Part shown: piece by piece, positions 1 to 9,526 of the stretch | Numbering within the stretch: position 1 is the stretch's first letter | Layout of the letters: each line of letters begins with the position of its first letter | Assembly (NCBI GenBank): GCA_015232245.1 | Contig: JADGAB010000001.1 | Location: 1,388-65,387 of the forward strand | Direction of reading: 5' to 3' | Length of the DNA: 64,000 bases | Source: Magnetococcales bacterium | GTDB taxonomy: Bacteria; Pseudomonadota; Magnetococcia; Magnetococcales; Magnetaquicoccaceae | Translations under genes and position numbers: made by a program | The notes under the pieces: generated by a model | Database searches by the model: none | What the model saw: only the letters and a program-made list of their open reading frames with translations | What the model was told of the DNA's origin: nothing

Positions 1-370
1 CAGCTTTCACTGGGTGTTGAAGCAGGCTCCGAAAATGGCCGAGGCCCATGTGAATCTGGGGTTTGCCCTGCTGGGGTTGAACCGGGTCAAGGCGGCGGAG
101 GATTTTTTCCGGGGGGCCATCGAATTGCGACCCTTTCAGGCCAACGCCTATTACGGTCTGGCCCAGACCCTGGAGGTGCGGGGGGAACTGCGGGAGGCAT
201 TGGGAGCCATGCGGACCTTCATTCATCTGACCCGCTCGGACGATCCGTTTCTGCCCAGGGCCCGGGCGGCCCTCTGGGAGTGGGAGAGCAGGCTCAAGGG
301 GGCTCCGCAGCAAACCCCGCAGGGGCCACCCAGGGAAACACCCGCCGACAAGCCTCATGGATCTGGATAA
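1..370 (+). CDS. TPR-repeat protein, 5'-truncated by the window edge
   Basis: TPR helices (AEAHVNLGFALLGL..A...F..AIELRP; ANAYYGLAQTLE..G...EA). Confidence 0.8.
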   Translation, partial: SFHWVLKQAPKMAEAHVNLGFALLGLNRVKAAEDFFRGAIELRPFQANAYYGLAQTLEVRGELREALGAMRTFIHLTRSDDPFLPRARAALWEWESRLKGAPQQTPQGPPRETPADKPHGSG

Positions 371-434
371 CCAGCGAGAATAAAGAAATTTTCTTGAAAG
401 TGAGAGGGGATTTTCCTGTTCTTGGGAAGATCGG

Positions 435-1439
435 TCACGGGGTGTCCGGGGTCACCCGGTGGAAGGCTGCGTCGATGTAGTCCACGATGGCGGAGATCTG
501 TTCGGAGGAGAGGATCTCTTTCCAGGCGGGCATGGAGCTTCCTTCCAGGCCCGAGGTGATCACCTGCGTCAGTGAGCGGCGGGTCTGCCCCTGCATGAAG
601 GCGTCATCCGTGAGGTTTCTGGGGTGGGGTTCCAGGAACTGACCGATCCAGTTCTTGCCGGTGCCGTCCGCGGCATGGCAAAAGGCGCAATTCTTCTGGA
701 ACAGGCTCTCTCCCAGGCGAACCGTCTCGCTGATTTTCGGGGGCAGGGACGGGGCCTTGTCGTGTCGCGCATAGACCGATGCTCCGGAGACCGCATCCAC
801 CTTGGGTTCTTCGCCGGGGGTGAAGCCGGCCCGGGGATAGGAGACCGCCCGGGACTCCCAGACCGGCTCGTCCTTCTCCACCCGTCCCCAGTCGTGACAG
901 GAGATGCAGGCGTTGAGATAGATCCTCTTGCCCCGGCGTTCTTCGGCGGTCAGGGACTCCTCGGGCCGATCCATGGGGATCTCTCCCCGGGCGAAGGGAA
1001 AGGCTTCCGCATAGCGTTCATGGTTTTCCCAGCCATTGGCGGGAGTGTGGTAGCGGGTGTTTTCCGCCTTGCGGATCATGAACTCCTCCCGCACGAATCC
1101 GGCCACGCTGGCAATCTCCGCGGGGGTGAGAATGGTGACAAACCCCATCATCGCCGTGTGCGGCACGCCCTGGTCAATGGAGGCGATCATCCGTTCCAGT
1201 GGCAGGGTGTCCGGATCGGTGGTCACGAAATTTCTGGGTTTGGGATTCAGGTAGGTGGTCGCCAGAGTGCGGGCGTCTCCCGAATAGCCGTGACAGAAAT
1301 AACAGCGAAAATTGTAGATCTTGCGCCCCTCCTCATGGCGATCTTCGGCCCGAAGCTCCTGCCGGGAGGCGACCAGCAGGAGCAGGGCAACGCCAAGAGC
1401 AGACCAAAGGGGCTGCCGGGAGCGAAATTCGTCACTCAT
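435..1439 (-). CDS. Periplasmic triheme c-type cytochrome
   Basis: Signal peptide; CYFCH, CISCH, CAFCH; PxPRN motifs; MPAW distal-Met motif. Confidence 0.9.
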   Translation of the reverse strand: MSDEFRSRQPLWSALGVALLLLVASRQELRAEDRHEEGRKIYNFRCYFCHGYSGDARTLATTYLNPKPRNFVTTDPDTLPLERMIASIDQGVPHTAMMGFVTILTPAEIASVAGFVREEFMIRKAENTRYHTPANGWENHERYAEAFPFARGEIPMDRPEESLTAEERRGKRIYLNACISCHDWGRVEKDEPVWESRAVSYPRAGFTPGEEPKVDAVSGASVYARHDKAPSLPPKISETVRLGESLFQKNCAFCHAADGTGKNWIGQFLEPHPRNLTDDAFMQGQTRRSLTQVITSGLEGSSMPAWKEILSSEQISAIVDYIDAAFHRVTPDTP

Positions 1440-2548
1440 TTGCCGGGGGGTTGCTCCGCTGGAGTGGCGGCCTTCTCCGGCGCGGCAGTCTCGGGAAGCT
1501 CTCCGGTCAGACCCGGCTTGATGAAGGCGATAAAGACATATTCGGCGATGTTGGCGATCTCCTGCCGGGTGAGCACGGTTTGCCAGGCGGGCATCTCGGA
1601 GCGGGGGGTGCCGATGGAGATGACCTCGAACAGATGGGGCCGGTTGAGCTTGTGCCGGGAGGCGGAGTGCTGGAAATTCCTGGGCTTGGGATTGATGAAG
1701 GCCGCGCGGGGGCCGTGGCCGTCGCCATCCTTGCCGTGGCAGGTGGCGCAGTTGACCATATAGAACTCCTTGCCCCAGACCGGATCCCCTTCCAGTTGAT
1801 CCGGCAGGGGATTGAACATGGTCTTGGGATCCAGGGGAGGGGTGGCGTCGTGCTGGTGACCGGTCATGGCATGGTCATGCGCTTCGGCGGCGGGTTGCGC
1901 CTCCCCGTTGGGAAACATGAATGCGAAGCGGATGTAATCCACCGTGGACTGAATCTCTTCCTTGGAGAGGCGCTCGTTCCAGGCGGGCATGGCGGTTTCC
2001 GACCGGCCATAACGGACCGAAAAGATCATCCGATCCCGGGTAAGCTCTTTTCTGGCCTCATCCGTGGTGAAGTTCCGGGGGGCGGGGGTGAGGCCGCTGC
2101 GGGCCCAGACCGCGGTATCTCCCCGATCCCCGTGACAGACCGAACAGTGCCTGGCGAAAATCTGCTGACCCACGGAGTGATCCTTGCCGATGGCGCTGGG
2201 CATGAGCCTCTCCCGGATGAAATCGCTCAACGCATCGATCTGGATGGCGGAGATGGTCTCTTTCCAGGCGGGCATGGCGGTTCCCGGACGGCCATCCCGG
2301 ATGGAGGTGATCACCCGTTCCCGGGTCAAATCCATCATGCCGGACGGATCGGTGAAACGGCGCGGGGGCGGGGACATGCTCTTTCCGAGGGTGGTGTTCC
2401 CCTCGCCCTTGAGTCCGTGACAGGTGGCGCAGTATTTTCGGTAGAGTTCCGGAGTGGACATCTCCTTGACCTGGGGGGAGGCGTGGGAATCCAGGCCACC
2501 GACAAGAAAAAACAGGATGAACGCTGCAAATATCCGGACTGGTGACAT
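1436..2548 (-). CDS. Periplasmic triheme c-type cytochrome (three tandem class I domains)
   Basis: Start moved to MSPVRIF (signal peptide); CATCH, CSVCH, CATCH each followed by PxPR[RN]F and MPAW; ATGA overlap with the next gene. Confidence 0.9.
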   Translation of the reverse strand: MSPVRIFAAFILFFLVGGLDSHASPQVKEMSTPELYRKYCATCHGLKGEGNTTLGKSMSPPPRRFTDPSGMMDLTRERVITSIRDGRPGTAMPAWKETISAIQIDALSDFIRERLMPSAIGKDHSVGQQIFARHCSVCHGDRGDTAVWARSGLTPAPRNFTTDEARKELTRDRMIFSVRYGRSETAMPAWNERLSKEEIQSTVDYIRFAFMFPNGEAQPAAEAHDHAMTGHQHDATPPLDPKTMFNPLPDQLEGDPVWGKEFYMVNCATCHGKDGDGHGPRAAFINPKPRNFQHSASRHKLNRPHLFEVISIGTPRSEMPAWQTVLTRQEIANIAEYVFIAFIKPGLTGELPETAAPEKAATPAEQPPGK

Positions 2549-2649
2549 GCCGTCTTTTCTCCAGAGAGGGTTGGATCTTCGAGTTGACGCATGGTACAGG
2601 GTGTGCAATAACTGCACCAGGAAGCAACGGCAGCATTGGGAGGATTGTG

Positions 2650-4005
2650 ATGAAATCAGGAGTGATGGTGCGTGTGCTGTGGTGTCTGCTGGCTCTGTCC
2701 GGCGCGTTGATCAACGGGGGGTGCGGGGAGTCGAAACAGCCCAAGGTGTTGGATGCGCTTGTTTTTCCCAGTCCTCCGGATGAGGCCCGTTTCCAGTTCG
2801 AACGGACGTTCCGCTCCAGCGCCGACGTGGAACCCAAGGACAGGAAGTCCATGGCCATGATGGAAATGCTCACCGGAAACGCCGGACTGGAGGGGGGTAC
2901 GGGGTTCAGCAAACCCTACGGGATCGCGGTACGCAAGGGGATCGTCTATGTCTCCGACACCATTCATCGCTCGGTGCTGCGCTTTGATCCCGAAAATGGG
3001 AATTTCCGGGAGGTGGGCAAGGAGGAACCCGGCGTGCTGGCCAAGCCCATGGGGATCGCCCTGGACAAGGCGGGGAACCTCTATGTGATGGATGCCACCA
3101 AGAAGTATGTCATGATCTACAGTCCGGAGGGCAAGTACCTGCGGGCCGTGGGCGGCAAGAACTTCTTTGATCGTCCCTCGGCGGTGGCGGTCAATCCCGA
3201 AGGCACCCGGGTCTTTGCCGTGGATACCAGTTCTTCCCAGGGAAAGCCGGAATCTCATCGCATCCGGGTCTTTGATGGTCAGAGTGGGGGACATCTTTAC
3301 GACATCGGCAAACGGGGCGACGGACAGGGGGAGTTCAACCTGTTGCGGGATGCCAGGGTCTCTCCGGACGGATTGCTGTATGTGGTGGATGGAGGGAATT
3401 TCCGCGTTCAGGCATTCACCCAGGAAGGCAAGTTTGTCCGATCCTTCGGAGGGGTGGGGCGGCAATTGGGTCAGTTCGCCCGTCCAAAGGGGATCGCCGT
3501 GGACACCGAAGGCAATCTGTACGTCTCCGACGCCTCCCACGGCAACTTCCAGATCTTCAACAAAGATGGGCAACTGCTTCTCTTCGTGGGGGACCGGGGT
3601 CCGGAAACCGAACGGGCCAAGTATCTGCTTCCGGCCATGATCGACGTGGATGAGGATGGCCGGGTCTATCTGGTGGATCAGGGATATCGCAAGGTGGATG
3701 TCTATCGTCCCGCCGCCCTGGGTGAGAAGGAGGGGTTCCTGGGGCGGGCGTTTGGCAAACTGGAGAACCTGAAGCCGGTCAAGGAGAAAGAGAAAGAGTC
3801 GGGCAAGGCCAAGGAGCCTGAGAAGGCCAAGGAGCCTGAGAAGGCCAAGGAACCTGAGAAAGCCAAGGAGCCTGAGAAAGCCAAGGAGCCTGAGAAGGCC
3901 AAGGAGCCTGAGAAGGCCAAGGAGCCTGAGAAGGAAGAGAAGAAGGAAGAGAAGAAGGAAGAGAAGAAGGAAGAGAAGAAGGAAGAGAAGAAGGAAGAGA
4001 AATAA
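2650..4005 (+). CDS. NHL-repeat beta-propeller protein (probable lipoprotein) with charged repetitive tail
   Basis: GGGAGG RBS before ATG 2650; NHL repeats (FSKPYGIAV, LAKPMGIALD, FDRPSAVAV, FARPKGIAVD..GNLYVSD); GGC after a hydrophobic stretch. Confidence 0.85.
   Translation: MKSGVMVRVLWCLLALSGALINGGCGESKQPKVLDALVFPSPPDEARFQFERTFRSSADVEPKDRKSMAMMEMLTGNAGLEGGTGFSKPYGIAVRKGIVYVSDTIHRSVLRFDPENGNFREVGKEEPGVLAKPMGIALDKAGNLYVMDATKKYVMIYSPEGKYLRAVGGKNFFDRPSAVAVNPEGTRVFAVDTSSSQGKPESHRIRVFDGQSGGHLYDIGKRGDGQGEFNLLRDARVSPDGLLYVVDGGNFRVQAFTQEGKFVRSFGGVGRQLGQFARPKGIAVDTEGNLYVSDASHGNFQIFNKDGQLLLFVGDRGPETERAKYLLPAMIDVDEDGRVYLVDQGYRKVDVYRPAALGEKEGFLGRAFGKLENLKPVKEKEKESGKAKEPEKAKEPEKAKEPEKAKEPEKAKEPEKAKEPEKAKEPEKEEKKEEKKEEKKEEKKEEKKEEK
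3805..4002 (+). repeat. Coding tandem repeats: 7 x 18 bp (KAKEPE) then 6 x 12 bp (KEEK)
   Basis: AAGGCCAAGGAGCCTGAG x7 (minor variants) at 3805-3930; AAGGAAGAGAAG x6 at 3931-4002. Confidence 0.95.
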
Positions 4006-4007
4006 TA

Positions 4008-4036
4008 GAAAAAAGCCGGTATCTGAACCGGTTTGT
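4008..4036. terminator. Possible bidirectional intrinsic terminator
   Basis: AAGCCGGT/ACCGGTTT stem with an A-run on the left, between convergent genes. Confidence 0.45.
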
Positions 4037-4085
4037 CAGGTTTGTGCCGCCATCCGGGAGTCTCTCCCGGATGGCGGCATGCGTT

Positions 4086-5840
4086 TCAGGAAGTGGCGTC
4101 GATCTCCTGATTGATGGCATCCATGTCATCCAGATGGATCGAGATCTTTACCTGGTTGCGACCGTTGCGTTTGGCTTCGTAGAGCAGATCGTCGGCTTTT
4201 TTGATCAGATCATCCACCTTGTTGACCTCCGTGGCGGGAATGGTGGCCACCCCGATGCTCACCGTCACTTTCAGATTGTCCACCAACATGGCTTCCACCT
4301 GACGACGGAATCGTTCTGCGACAATATAGGCCCCCCGGGGGCTGGTGTCCGGGAGAATCACGCAGAACTCTTCGCCGCCGTACCGGCAGGGGGTGTCCAC
4401 CTTGCGGAAATGTTCCTTCATGGTGCGGCCAAGGGCCTGCAATACCCGGTCCCCCTGATCGTGGCCGTAAGTGTCGTTGAATTTCTTGAAATGATCCACG
4501 TCAAAGAGCAGAAACCCGAGGTAATGATTGTAACGATGGGAGCGTTTGATCTCTTTTTCCAATATCTCCATCAGACCTCGACGGTTGTACAACTGGGTGA
4601 GGGCGTCGGTGATGGAGAGTTCCCGCAGTTTGTCCTCCAGTTTCTTTTCGTCGGTGACATCCCGGATCATGATGGAAGTGCCGATGGGGAGTTGATTGGC
4701 CGCGTGAATCGTGGCGGCGTGGAGTTTCAACGCCCGATTGTTGAAAACCAGCAGATTGGGCATGTCGTGTCCGCCCTGGGTGACGAACCTGCGCAGATAC
4801 TCCGGATCGTTCACCAGATTTTCCCACCCGGCGGAACGGATCTGCTCGAAGTCCTTGCCGAGGAGACGTTCCGCGGCGGGATTGACCAGCACCACGTTCT
4901 GTTGACCATCGGTGACCACGATCCCTTCCTGGGCGCCGATGATGATGGTGGAGAGCTTGTCCTGTTCCTGTTGCAGTCCGGTGTAGGTCAGAAGCAGTCG
5001 GTTGGCCATGTCGTTGAAAGTGATGGTGATCTCACTGATTTCGTCATGTCCGGGGACGTGGACCTGCTCTTCCAGATGCCCACTGGCCACCCGGGCCATG
5101 GCCCCCCGGATCTGTCCGAGGGGCTTGATGAGAAATCTCCGGATCATCAGATAGATGAGCAGCAACACAAAGAATATCGCCATGATGGCCACCACCAGGG
5201 CCTCTTTCCGGGTGGCTTCGATATCGATTTCCACCTGGGCCAGAGAGGTGGTGATCATCATCACCCCACGGGGATTTTGAGCGTTGCCGTGGCATTTGCC
5301 GCACTTTTCGTCCCGTTCGATGGGGGCCAGATAGGTGACTCGATCCTCATCGTTGTGCTCGTGCAGCAGGGTGACGATGCGATTGTTCTTCAAAACGGTC
5401 TGCAGATCCGGATTGTCCGGTTCCAGCACCTTGGTGGAGGTTTCATGGTCCCGGGGGGTGAACTCCTCTTCTCCGAGGCGGCGGTTGACATCGCGAATGG
5501 TGGTGTTGTCGAGAAAAGCCTCCTGACCGTTGATGCGCAGAATGCGGAAATCCAGCACTTTCGGGTTTTTGCGGATGTCCCGGGTGAATTCCTGGGCGAT
5601 ATGGGCATAGCCGGCCTTCATGATGGTGCGCAGCGCGCTGCTGATGTTGCCGATCATCAGGATCATGGTGCGTTCGTTCTGTGCCAGGATGGTCTCTTTT
5701 TGATGGACGACGAAAAAATGAATGAAACCCAGCATCACCAGGGTCACGGCGCTGGCGGTCGAAATGAGCACCCGGGCGCTGATGCTGACAGAGAATCTGG
5801 GCCTGGCAATCGGGGGCCGGGATGGGAGAGGTGTGTTCAT
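4086..5840 (-). CDS. Membrane-bound diguanylate cyclase (periplasmic heme-c sensor, HAMP, PAS, GGDEF)
   Basis: Two TM helices; periplasmic CGKCH; HAMP (PLGQI..AMARVASG.L); PAS (NPAAERLLG); DVDHFKKFNDTYGH, RKVD I-site, RYGGEEF. Start uncertain (5840 or 5873). Confidence 0.92.
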   Translation of the reverse strand: MNTPLPSRPPIARPRFSVSISARVLISTASAVTLVMLGFIHFFVVHQKETILAQNERTMILMIGNISSALRTIMKAGYAHIAQEFTRDIRKNPKVLDFRILRINGQEAFLDNTTIRDVNRRLGEEEFTPRDHETSTKVLEPDNPDLQTVLKNNRIVTLLHEHNDEDRVTYLAPIERDEKCGKCHGNAQNPRGVMMITTSLAQVEIDIEATRKEALVVAIMAIFFVLLLIYLMIRRFLIKPLGQIRGAMARVASGHLEEQVHVPGHDEISEITITFNDMANRLLLTYTGLQQEQDKLSTIIIGAQEGIVVTDGQQNVVLVNPAAERLLGKDFEQIRSAGWENLVNDPEYLRRFVTQGGHDMPNLLVFNNRALKLHAATIHAANQLPIGTSIMIRDVTDEKKLEDKLRELSITDALTQLYNRRGLMEILEKEIKRSHRYNHYLGFLLFDVDHFKKFNDTYGHDQGDRVLQALGRTMKEHFRKVDTPCRYGGEEFCVILPDTSPRGAYIVAERFRRQVEAMLVDNLKVTVSIGVATIPATEVNKVDDLIKKADDLLYEAKRNGRNQVKISIHLDDMDAINQEIDATS

Positions 5841-6459
5841 AGGGTTTCTACTGGTTCCGCTGGGGGTTGGCATGTCGGCAAAAGAACGTCAACGCCACAG
5901 CATAGACCATTTTGGAGCGATTGTCATTTTTCTGCAACGCATCCGGGGGATGGATTGGGGCGCGCGGGCGAGCAGATCCGTTGGACGAGGGTGTTTTTGC
6001 AAAACTGAAAATTGAGAGTGGATCCGACGCAGCCAGAGCCGGAAAGATACGGAACAGGCGCATGGCCAATAACGAGGAACCATGGCGGTTCCATGCGGTC
6101 TCTCCGATGATGCCAATACTGGATATTATTGTAAAGATACAATAAACTCTCTTCCATGCCGACGGGGGACAGGGCAGCGCGGGGATGCAACCTGCGCACA
6201 CCATGGAGTGGGCCATCCGGCAGACTTTGGCGACAAGGTAAACCCTTACAACAAAACCACGCCGCTTTCCAGTCCACCCTTTTCGTCGAGTTGCAGCCAG
6301 CGATATCCGATGCCAGCCACGCTGGAGATGACCTGTCCGGCCCCTTGCACAAAAGCCACAGAGGTGGCCGGAGCCCCCAGAAACCACTGCTCTCCGATCT
6401 TAATGAAGTGTTTTCAACAAACCGCAAGCGCTTTTTTATGGCGCGCCAGACTCCTGCCG

Positions 6460-6759
6460 TCAATCCCGATGTCGCCAGTAACCGTCGTCATGGTGGTGAT
6501 GTCTGTGTTCTCTCCAATGGCGGTGCCGGGGGGGAGTCGGTTCCGAATGGTAGACGTGCTCTGGATACCCGTGCCAATGGCGGGGCGCGTATCTGTGAGT
6601 GACCATCCGCTGGGTTTGTGGTTCTTCCCAGGGTTCTGACCTGTTCATCAGGGCATCGTTCAAGATACCGATTCCGATCTCCAACCCGGTCCCGGCATGG
6701 GCCCAGGAAGGAATCGCCAGACAACCGGCCACAACCATTGCCGCAGTCCAATTTTTCAT
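6460..6759 (-). CDS. Small secreted His/Arg-rich protein
   Basis: GGAAGGAG RBS; signal peptide ending AHA; C-terminus RHRHWREHRHHHHDDGYWRHRD. Confidence 0.7.
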   Translation of the reverse strand: MKNWTAAMVVAGCLAIPSWAHAGTGLEIGIGILNDALMNRSEPWEEPQTQRMVTHRYAPRHWHGYPEHVYHSEPTPPRHRHWREHRHHHHDDGYWRHRD

Positions 6760-6906
6760 CTGACTCTCCTTCCGGACATTGGATTCATTACAGATTCTTG
6801 TAGGGGGGCGTTGGCCGCCCCCCCGGAGAAAGACCGGCCCGGCATTGTCGCCGGGAACCTGGCGTTCATTTCCGGTCTTTAGTGCTTCGTCGGCAACCGA
6901 CAAACA

Positions 6907-7374
6907 CTATTTCTTGGTGTTGGCATCCTTCGTTTCAGCCGGCGTGGGGGTGACGGCTTTGGTGTCTCCCTTGGCGGCGGCATCGGTTTTGTTCTTGTTC
7001 GCCTCCTGCGGGACACTCTTCTTGGCATCCTTGGCATCCGCCGCCACCACTTTGGCATCCTTGGCGGTCTCCTTGGCGGTCTCCTTGGCGGTCTCCTTGG
7101 CGGTCTCCTTGGTCTCTTTCGCGTCCGCCACGGTCACACCCTTGCCGTCAGCCGGAGGAGGGGTTTTCTTGTTGTCGGCCTGGGTGGTACCCTTCGCTTC
7201 CTGGGCCAGGGCGGGTTTGGCGGCTTCCTGGGCAGAGACCTTTTTCCCTTCGGCCACAGCAGCCACCCGTTGTCCGGCAGTGGCGGTCGGGGATGTCTCG
7301 ATGCCAGCGATGGCAACACCCGTCATGACAAAAGAAGCCGCCAGCACCGCCACCCGCATTGCAATCTTGTTCAT
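6907..7374 (-). CDS. Secreted low-complexity Lys/Ala/Thr-rich protein with KETA repeats
   Basis: AAGGA RBS; signal peptide ending AIA; (KETA)x4 encoded by a 12-bp tandem repeat near 7062-7110. Confidence 0.75.
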   Translation of the reverse strand: MNKIAMRVAVLAASFVMTGVAIAGIETSPTATAGQRVAAVAEGKKVSAQEAAKPALAQEAKGTTQADNKKTPPPADGKGVTVADAKETKETAKETAKETAKETAKDAKVVAADAKDAKKSVPQEANKNKTDAAAKGDTKAVTPTPAETKDANTKK

Positions 7375-7641
7375 CTTCTTTTCCTTTATGTGATATGGTT
7401 CATGTCGTCCAATCGACTCTGATTTTTTGTTCAACCGACTTGTGCATCGGTCTTGCTAACTTGGACGGACCCCGTTTTTGATATTGTCGCCTCTTTTTGA
7501 ATTTTTTTGCCGATTCTCTCCGGACACCGGAACCAGAGGGGATGGCGGGAGGGGGCTTTCCTTTCCGGAGCGGGTTGGCTAGAATTTCGATTGGCTGCAA
7601 CCTGCTTTTTTTATTCGCCTTTTTCTTGAAGAGAAGACCCA

Positions 7642-8514
7642 GTGACCGAAGGTGCGAAAGATTTCCGGGAGCTTTTCCTGCAACAGTGGCAACGTCTGGA
7701 GACCCTTGCCCTGCGCCGGTTTACCGATGCCAATCTGGCCGATGAGGCGATGCTCTTTACCCAGGAGGCCATGGCGAAAAACGACTGGGGCCCCTTGCGG
7801 GCTTACGAAGGTCGGGCCACCGCCTCGTTTGCCACCTTTTTCACCCAGATCGCCTGGCGCATGCTGGAAGACTTTGCCCGCGCCCGTTTCGGACGGGTTC
7901 ATGTACCCCAATGGATTGTCGATCAGGGACCGTTTCTGGAGCAGGTCTATCGACTGCTTTGTCTGGAGCGCATGCCGGTGGCCCACGTCATGGAATTCTT
8001 GCGCGGCTCCGCGCCGGGAGGGCGCAGCGAGGTGACCATCTGGGCGGCCATCAACGCTGTGCTGAAACGGGCCACCGATTGTGGCAAGTCGTCGGTCTCC
8101 GAGGTGGCCACCGAGGACGAATTCCTGGACGATCTGGCCGGACCAGGCGCCACACTGCACCGTCTCTCTCCGGAAGAGATCAAAATGGTGGAGCAGAGGG
8201 AAGAGATTCTGCTGGCGGTCCACCGTTTTCTCACCTGTGATGCCCGATCGTCATCGACAGGTTCGGCAGGTCGGGCAGTGCTTTCGAAGATGCATGCCGC
8301 TCTTCAGTTGAGCAGCGAGGAGCGTCTGCTGCTCAGGTTGTTGTACCAGGACGGTCTGGATGTGGAGGCCACCGCCCGACTGCTTGGTTTGAATGCCAAT
8401 CAGGTGTACGGTCGCCAGCGACGCCTGCTGGCCCGCATCCGCAAGGCCATGGAACAGGCCGGATTGGCGGAAACCGTGCAAGCCTTGCTGGTGACGGAAG
8501 AAGAGGCGGAATAA
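7642..8514 (+). CDS. ECF-type sigma-70 factor with long sigma2-sigma4 linker
   Basis: Region 2 (FATFFTQIAWRMLEDFAR); region 4 HTH (LSSEERLLLRLLYQDGLDVEATARLLGLNANQVY). Confidence 0.85.
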   Translation: MTEGAKDFRELFLQQWQRLETLALRRFTDANLADEAMLFTQEAMAKNDWGPLRAYEGRATASFATFFTQIAWRMLEDFARARFGRVHVPQWIVDQGPFLEQVYRLLCLERMPVAHVMEFLRGSAPGGRSEVTIWAAINAVLKRATDCGKSSVSEVATEDEFLDDLAGPGATLHRLSPEEIKMVEQREEILLAVHRFLTCDARSSSTGSAGRAVLSKMHAALQLSSEERLLLRLLYQDGLDVEATARLLGLNANQVYGRQRRLLARIRKAMEQAGLAETVQALLVTEEEAE

Positions 8515-8635
8515 CGGGCGATATTTTTGACCCTTGTTGCCGTCTATAGAGATGGAATGCTCCTTGTCTGGGCATGACCGGAACCAGGGGGCAGGATTGT
8601 TGAACTTCTCAATCTGGGTATTTCATGGTGGGACG

Positions 8636-9526
8636 ATGAATGTTTTGCCAATCCGCAAGTCGCTGGAAAAGGAACCGGGCGAACACCTGTCCGTGCTGCT
8701 CACTCTGGCGACCAGGGGCGCAGAGGCAACCGAGGGGGCCTGTCCTGCTCCAGAGAAATTGGCGGCTCTGATCGAGGGGCGTTTGCCATCCGGTCAACGG
8801 GCCGGGATGCTGGAACATCTGGACCTTTGTTCCGACTGTTATCGGGCATGGCTGGGAACCGCCGCGTTGCAGCCCCCCCGACAGGTGGGCCAGGTGGTCT
8901 TGTTCCGTCGTCCGTTGGTCTGGCCGACATTGGCCGCCCTGGCGCTGGCGGCGGGTCTGTTGCTGGTATGGATGCCCTGGAATCCCTTTGCCCCGGATGT
9001 TGCCGGCATGCTCACGCAAGCCTATCAGACCGCTTTGCTCCAGGGTGGGCCACGCACTGCCTTGTCCGACATGCCCCTGGCCCTGTCGGACAAAGGCAAG
9101 ACCCTGGCGCTTGGTTTTGCCAATACTCAAGACCCTGTTCCGATTCGGCAAGCTTTTGTCACGGGTGTCGCTCTGGGTTGGGAAGAGTTGCATGGTCGCG
9201 CGACCCAGGCGACGCCATCCGTGGCCCCGGAGTGGCTGGTTTATCACCATCTGGGCCGCTGGACCATTCTGTTGCAGACCCTGTGTCAGACAACTCCGCC
9301 GCCGTCTGTCGATCTTTTGCGTCAACAGGCCCCTCTCGGCGCCGCCCTTGGGGCGCTTCTGGACAGGAGGGAGGCGACCGGCGAGGCCGAAGCGCGCATT
9401 CCCCGCCGTGAGTTGGAGTTCTTGAATCAACTGCTCAACACTTCCGCCTCCGCGGAACCGGCCCATCGTCTTTGCCGTCAGATCCGGGAAGCCTGCGCCA
9501 CCATCACCGAGGGATTGGCGTTGTGA
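8636..9526 (+). CDS. Zinc-binding (zf-HC2/ZAS) transmembrane anti-sigma factor
   Basis: CP..E.LAALIEG.L...HLDLCSDC (HxxxCxxC), then one TM helix; directly downstream of the sigma factor. Confidence 0.85.
   Translation: MNVLPIRKSLEKEPGEHLSVLLTLATRGAEATEGACPAPEKLAALIEGRLPSGQRAGMLEHLDLCSDCYRAWLGTAALQPPRQVGQVVLFRRPLVWPTLAALALAAGLLLVWMPWNPFAPDVAGMLTQAYQTALLQGGPRTALSDMPLALSDKGKTLALGFANTQDPVPIRQAFVTGVALGWEELHGRATQATPSVAPEWLVYHHLGRWTILLQTLCQTTPPPSVDLLRQQAPLGAALGALLDRREATGEAEARIPRRELEFLNQLLNTSASAEPAHRLCRQIREACATITEGLAL

Noticed and set aside
3805-4002. Short repeats as a possible CRISPR array
   Set aside because: No unique spacers; in-frame coding repeats; no cas genes
4044-6008. 654-aa plus-strand ORF
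   Set aside because: Antisense shadow of the diguanylate cyclase; no motifs; expected in GC-rich coding DNA
5880-6455. ~570-bp intergenic region as riboswitch, sRNA or small gene
   Set aside because: No recognisable c-di-GMP or other riboswitch consensus; ORFs lack RBS and motifs; an Rfam/Infernal scan would be needed
7440-7610. Sigma-54-like -24/-12 motifs
   Set aside because: Candidates lack the invariant GG or have wrong spacing
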